NCBI GenBank assembly: GCA_029778565.1
Contig: JAKOQC010000247.1
Span: forward strand, 1-59,561
Length of the DNA stretch: 59,561 bases
Direction of reading: 5' to 3'
Source of the DNA: a bacterium
GTDB taxonomy: Bacteria; Patescibacteriota; Saccharimonadia; CAILAD01; BJGX01
This document shows positions 56,843 to 59,561 of the stretch, one piece after another. How positions within the stretch are numbered: position 1 is the first letter of the stretch; each line of letters starts with the position of its first letter. The notes under the pieces were generated by a model that saw only the letters and a list, made by a program, of their open reading frames with translations, was not told where the DNA came from and ran no database searches. The position numbers were made by a program, and so were the translations under genes.

Positions 56843-56872
56843 ATACTAACCCTTAAAAACTGGTTGTGTCAA
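56843..56872 (-). promoter_or_regulatory. sigma70-type promoter of the 149-aa gene
   Basis: On the minus strand: TTGACA (56872-56867), N18, TAGTAT (56848-56843). Confidence 0.55.
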
Positions 56873-56971
56873 TGTTTTTTTTGCTGCACACAGCACAAAA
56901 GCTTGCGCTTTATTCTTAAGCTGTATTACAATGTGTGTAAGTTAAAAACTTCAATTAAATAAGGAGACAAA

Positions 56972-57340
56972 ATGCCAGAAGATAAAAAACCAGTAGCAAC
57001 AACAAGTAATGATTCAAACGATACACTCATGGGTGTGTTGGCATATCTAGGAATTCTATGCCTCGTACCACTACTAGCTGCAAAAGACTCTAAGTTTGCA
57101 CAATATCATGCCAAACAAGGTGTTACTCTTTTTGGGCTCGAAATTGTATTGGTATTATTACAATGGGTAATTGGTTTTGTAGCACTCATGGGAGGTCTTG
57201 GCTTCTTTGGTCTATTCGCTATGTTAATTTGGTTGGTATGGATTGGAACCTTTGTTCTTTCTATCCTTGGTATTGTAAACGTAGTAAACAAAAAAATGGT
57301 TCCACTACCAATTATCGGTGGCATCAACATTATCAAGTAG
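56972..57340 (+). CDS. DUF4870-like membrane protein
   Basis: 122 aa. MGVLAYLGILCLVPLLAAKDSKFAQYHAKQGVTL pattern. AAGGAG RBS. Confidence 0.65.
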   Translation: MPEDKKPVATTSNDSNDTLMGVLAYLGILCLVPLLAAKDSKFAQYHAKQGVTLFGLEIVLVLLQWVIGFVALMGGLGFFGLFAMLIWLVWIGTFVLSILGIVNVVNKKMVPLPIIGGINIIK

Positions 57341-57392
57341 TCTCTTAAGCAAGTAACAGACACCGTCTGTACTTTCAGAAAACTAAAAACAA

Positions 57393-57881
57393 ATGCCCAA
57401 ACGCAAACAAAGCTCAAAAACCTATACTTGGAACAGCAAAAACTCAACCGGAGTAATGAGTGCTCTCGATAACGTTTTTGGTGAAAAAGGCCCACTCCAG
57501 TTACCAAAATCTGTAAAAGATTGGGTAGCAGAGTGGGTTTGGGTATTTGCGCTAATTGGCGTGATTATTCGTGGTTTTGGGCTACTGACGTTACTCGGAC
57601 TAGGCGCCGTCTTCTCGGGAGTTGCCGCTTCTACTGGCGCATTTAGCTTCTTTTCGACAATAGGCTTTGGAATTGTATTCTTAGCAGCCGAAGGAATCTT
57701 ATTGCTTATTTCTATCCCTGGTTTAAAGCACAAAAAATTATTGGGCTGGGATTTTGCTTTTTATGCCGAGGTAGTTGCAATTGTTGGTAATTTACTCAAT
57801 CTTAACGTAATAGGTGCGATAATCTCGGCTATTATTGGATTTTACTTCTTGTTTCAGATTCGATCTCGATTTAGAAAATGA
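57393..57881 (+). CDS. hypothetical multi-TM membrane protein
   Basis: 162 aa. The start is uncertain (alternative ATG at 57456). ATGA overlap with the next gene. Confidence 0.5.
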   Translation: MPKRKQSSKTYTWNSKNSTGVMSALDNVFGEKGPLQLPKSVKDWVAEWVWVFALIGVIIRGFGLLTLLGLGAVFSGVAASTGAFSFFSTIGFGIVFLAAEGILLLISIPGLKHKKLLGWDFAFYAEVVAIVGNLLNLNVIGAIISAIIGFYFLFQIRSRFRK

Positions 57882-58129
57882 GCACAAAAAGACCAAAACG
57901 CTCTATTGCTCAAGACTTTGTTTTTCTAGTAAAAGCAGCACTTTATCTGTTATTGGGCACTCTTTGGATAAGTTTTGGTGGACATCGCTTGTTGCCTGCG
58001 GGTCTGATACTCGGTTTTGGTTTTTCTCAGCTAGATTTTTTGAGGATTGATAGAAAAATAGAATATGCATTACTTGTAGTTGGTGCGCTTTTTGGCCTCT
58101 ATGGTCTGGGCATTACAATTCAGCTTTAG
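57878..58129 (+). CDS. small membrane protein
   Basis: 83 aa with 2-3 TM helices. Confidence 0.5.
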   Translation: MSTKRPKRSIAQDFVFLVKAALYLLLGTLWISFGGHRLLPAGLILGFGFSQLDFLRIDRKIEYALLVVGALFGLYGLGITIQL

Positions 58130-58135
58130 TTTGGG

Positions 58136-58165
58136 TTGACATATCAGGTGGTTTTCTGATACACT
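58136..58165 (+). promoter_or_regulatory. promoter of rplC-rplD
   Basis: TTGACA-N18-TACACT. Followed by a structured leader of about 120 nt. Confidence 0.6.
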
Positions 58166-58291
58166 TGCTAACGACTTAAAAAACTCTTCTAGAAAAGTTT
58201 TTGCATATCAAGTCACCCCAGCTGAACATAGGAAAGGTCGGCACAAGCCGAAACCATCAAGTGTTCAGATATTATTTTTTAAATTTATTTT

Positions 58292-58903
58292 ATGAAAGCA
58301 TTAATCGCTCAAAAAATTGGTATGACTCAAGTGTTCTCAGAAAAGGGAGCAGTTATTCCTGTTACCTTGCTTTCGGCTGGGCCTTGTGTGGTGACTCAGG
58401 TAAAGACCGACGAAACTGATGGCTATAATGCTGTACAGCTTGGTTTTGGTGAAGCTAAAAAAATTGCCAAGCCACAAGCCGGACACGTAAAGAAAAGCGG
58501 CGCTACTCCTAAGACTCTCGGTGAATTTAGAATTGAAGGCGAAGACGAAATGCCGAAAGTGGGCGATAATATTACTGCCGAAGTTTTCTCTGTTGGCGAC
58601 ACCATAACAGTAAGCGGTGTTTCTAAAGGAAAAGGCTTTGCCGGAACCATTAAGCGTCATAACTTTGCTCGTGGCCCTAAAACACATGGTAGCCACAATT
58701 ACCGAGCTCCAGGATCGATTGGTGCTGGTTATCCGCAACATGTTTTTAAAGGTCAAAAAATGGCTGGCCACATGGGTAATGCTCAGGTTACTACCAAAAA
58801 CCTTACCGTCGCACATGTAGACACTAAGAACAATATTATTGGAATTAAGGGTGCAATTCCTGGTCCGAAAAAATCAATTGTACGAATATGGGGGATCGCA
58901 TAA
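58292..58903 (+). CDS. rplC: 50S ribosomal protein L3
   Basis: 203 aa. KIGMTQVF...[10 protein letters not shown]. Confidence 0.97.
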   Translation: MKALIAQKIGMTQVFSEKGAVIPVTLLSAGPCVVTQVKTDETDGYNAVQLGFGEAKKIAKPQAGHVKKSGATPKTLGEFRIEGEDEMPKVGDNITAEVFSVGDTITVSGVSKGKGFAGTIKRHNFARGPKTHGSHNYRAPGSIGAGYPQHVFKGQKMAGHMGNAQVTTKNLTVAHVDTKNNIIGIKGAIPGPKKSIVRIWGIA

Positions 58904-59559
58904 TGAAAGTTGCTACCTTTTCTAAGACCGGTACAAAAGCTGCCGAAACTCAACTGCCAAAAACAGTGTTTGAAGTAGAAGTTACCGATGCAACTTTGCA
59001 ACAAGCTATAGTACGAGCAAATGCCAATCTTCGTCATGCTAGTGCCAAAACCCTAACTCGTGCCGAAGTTAGAGGTGGTGGACGTAAGCCATGGCGACAA
59101 AAAGGTACTGGTCGTGCTCGGTTTGGCTCTACACGAGTTCCTATTTGGCGCAGTGGTGGTGTTGCTCATGGTCCACACGGCGAACAAAACTACACCAAAG
59201 AAATGCCAAAAAATATGGTACAAGCCAGTGTGCGCATGGCACTTACTTCTCAAGCAAAGAATGTTATTGTTATAGAGAACTTTGAGGTAAAAGAGCCAAA
59301 GACCCGTTTAGTTATCGATCTTATCGACAAGCTAAATGCCGAAGGAAACATCATTATTATAGCTTCGGCTCTAAGCGAACCAACCTTATTGGCACTCGCC
59401 AATGTACCAGGAGTAATGGCAATTCGACCTAATCAGTTGCGTGCGTATGATATTATGATTGCCGACACGATTATTATTGAAAAATCAGCCCTCGCTGACA
59501 TCGAAAAACAGTATGGCAAGGCTACTAAAAAATCAGTAGTTACGAAAGGCAGCAAATGA
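58903..59559 (+). CDS. rplD: 50S ribosomal protein L4
   Basis: 218 aa from the ATG overlapping the rplC stop. [16 protein letters not shown] motif. Confidence 0.95.
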   Translation: MKVATFSKTGTKAAETQLPKTVFEVEVTDATLQQAIVRANANLRHASAKTLTRAEVRGGGRKPWRQKGTGRARFGSTRVPIWRSGGVAHGPHGEQNYTKEMPKNMVQASVRMALTSQAKNVIVIENFEVKEPKTRLVIDLIDKLNAEGNIIIIASALSEPTLLALANVPGVMAIRPNQLRAYDIMIADTIIIEKSALADIEKQYGKATKKSVVTKGSK

Positions 59560-59561
59560 AA

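Noticed and set aside
1-59561. CRISPR arrays, rRNA genes, IS elements or transposases, and prophage structural genes.
   Set aside because: I saw no regularly spaced direct repeats, no rRNA-like sequence, and no recognisable transposase, integrase or capsid ORFs on either strand.

Overview
This 59.6 kb window comes from a small, AT-leaning bacterial genome. Hand-counted 60-nt samples of housekeeping genes give about 42% GC. Gene content and order suggest a reduced-genome bacterium, possibly Patescibacteria/CPR and Saccharibacteria-like, but that placement is inference only. Relevant genes include gatB, dnaE, rplS, rnhB, nusA, clpC, radA, a PIN/TRAM protein, a class A PBP, tyrS, recG, purF, rsmD, murA, tig, clpP, rpoBC, rpsL-rpsG, fusA, tuf, rpsJ and rplC-rplD.

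Nearly all housekeeping genes are on the + strand. This backbone is interrupted by at least eight short accessory cassettes of family-less small proteins. Most cassettes are on the - strand and several are visibly more GC-rich. Where checked, they have their own near-consensus sigma70-type promoters and hairpin terminators. Three cassettes split the normally contiguous rpsL-rpsG-fusA-tuf-rpsJ-rplC ribosomal cluster.

The most unusual locus lies next to tRNA-Leu(TAG) at 32.8-35.2 kb. A TTGACA-N17-TACAAT promoter drives an ORF-poor, GC-rich transcript of about 0.8 kb. The transcript has many long-range perfect helices and GNRA hairpins. It also contains an embedded 72-nt tRNA-like module with a tmRNA/tRNA-Ala type acceptor stem and T arm but no usable anticodon loop. 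Downstream are a terminator/antiterminator leader and a two-gene operon. I could not assign the RNA to tmRNA, RNase P or any other known family by eye.

Other notable points:
- A diverged duplication of the recG promoter and 5' end flanks a 0.9 kb inserted gene.
- Leaderless-type promoters, with the -10 box 6-10 nt from the ATG, are widespread.
- The nusA, rpoB and rplC leaders share sequence.
- radA and recG share an upstream box.

I saw no integrase, transposase, CRISPR array or rRNA.
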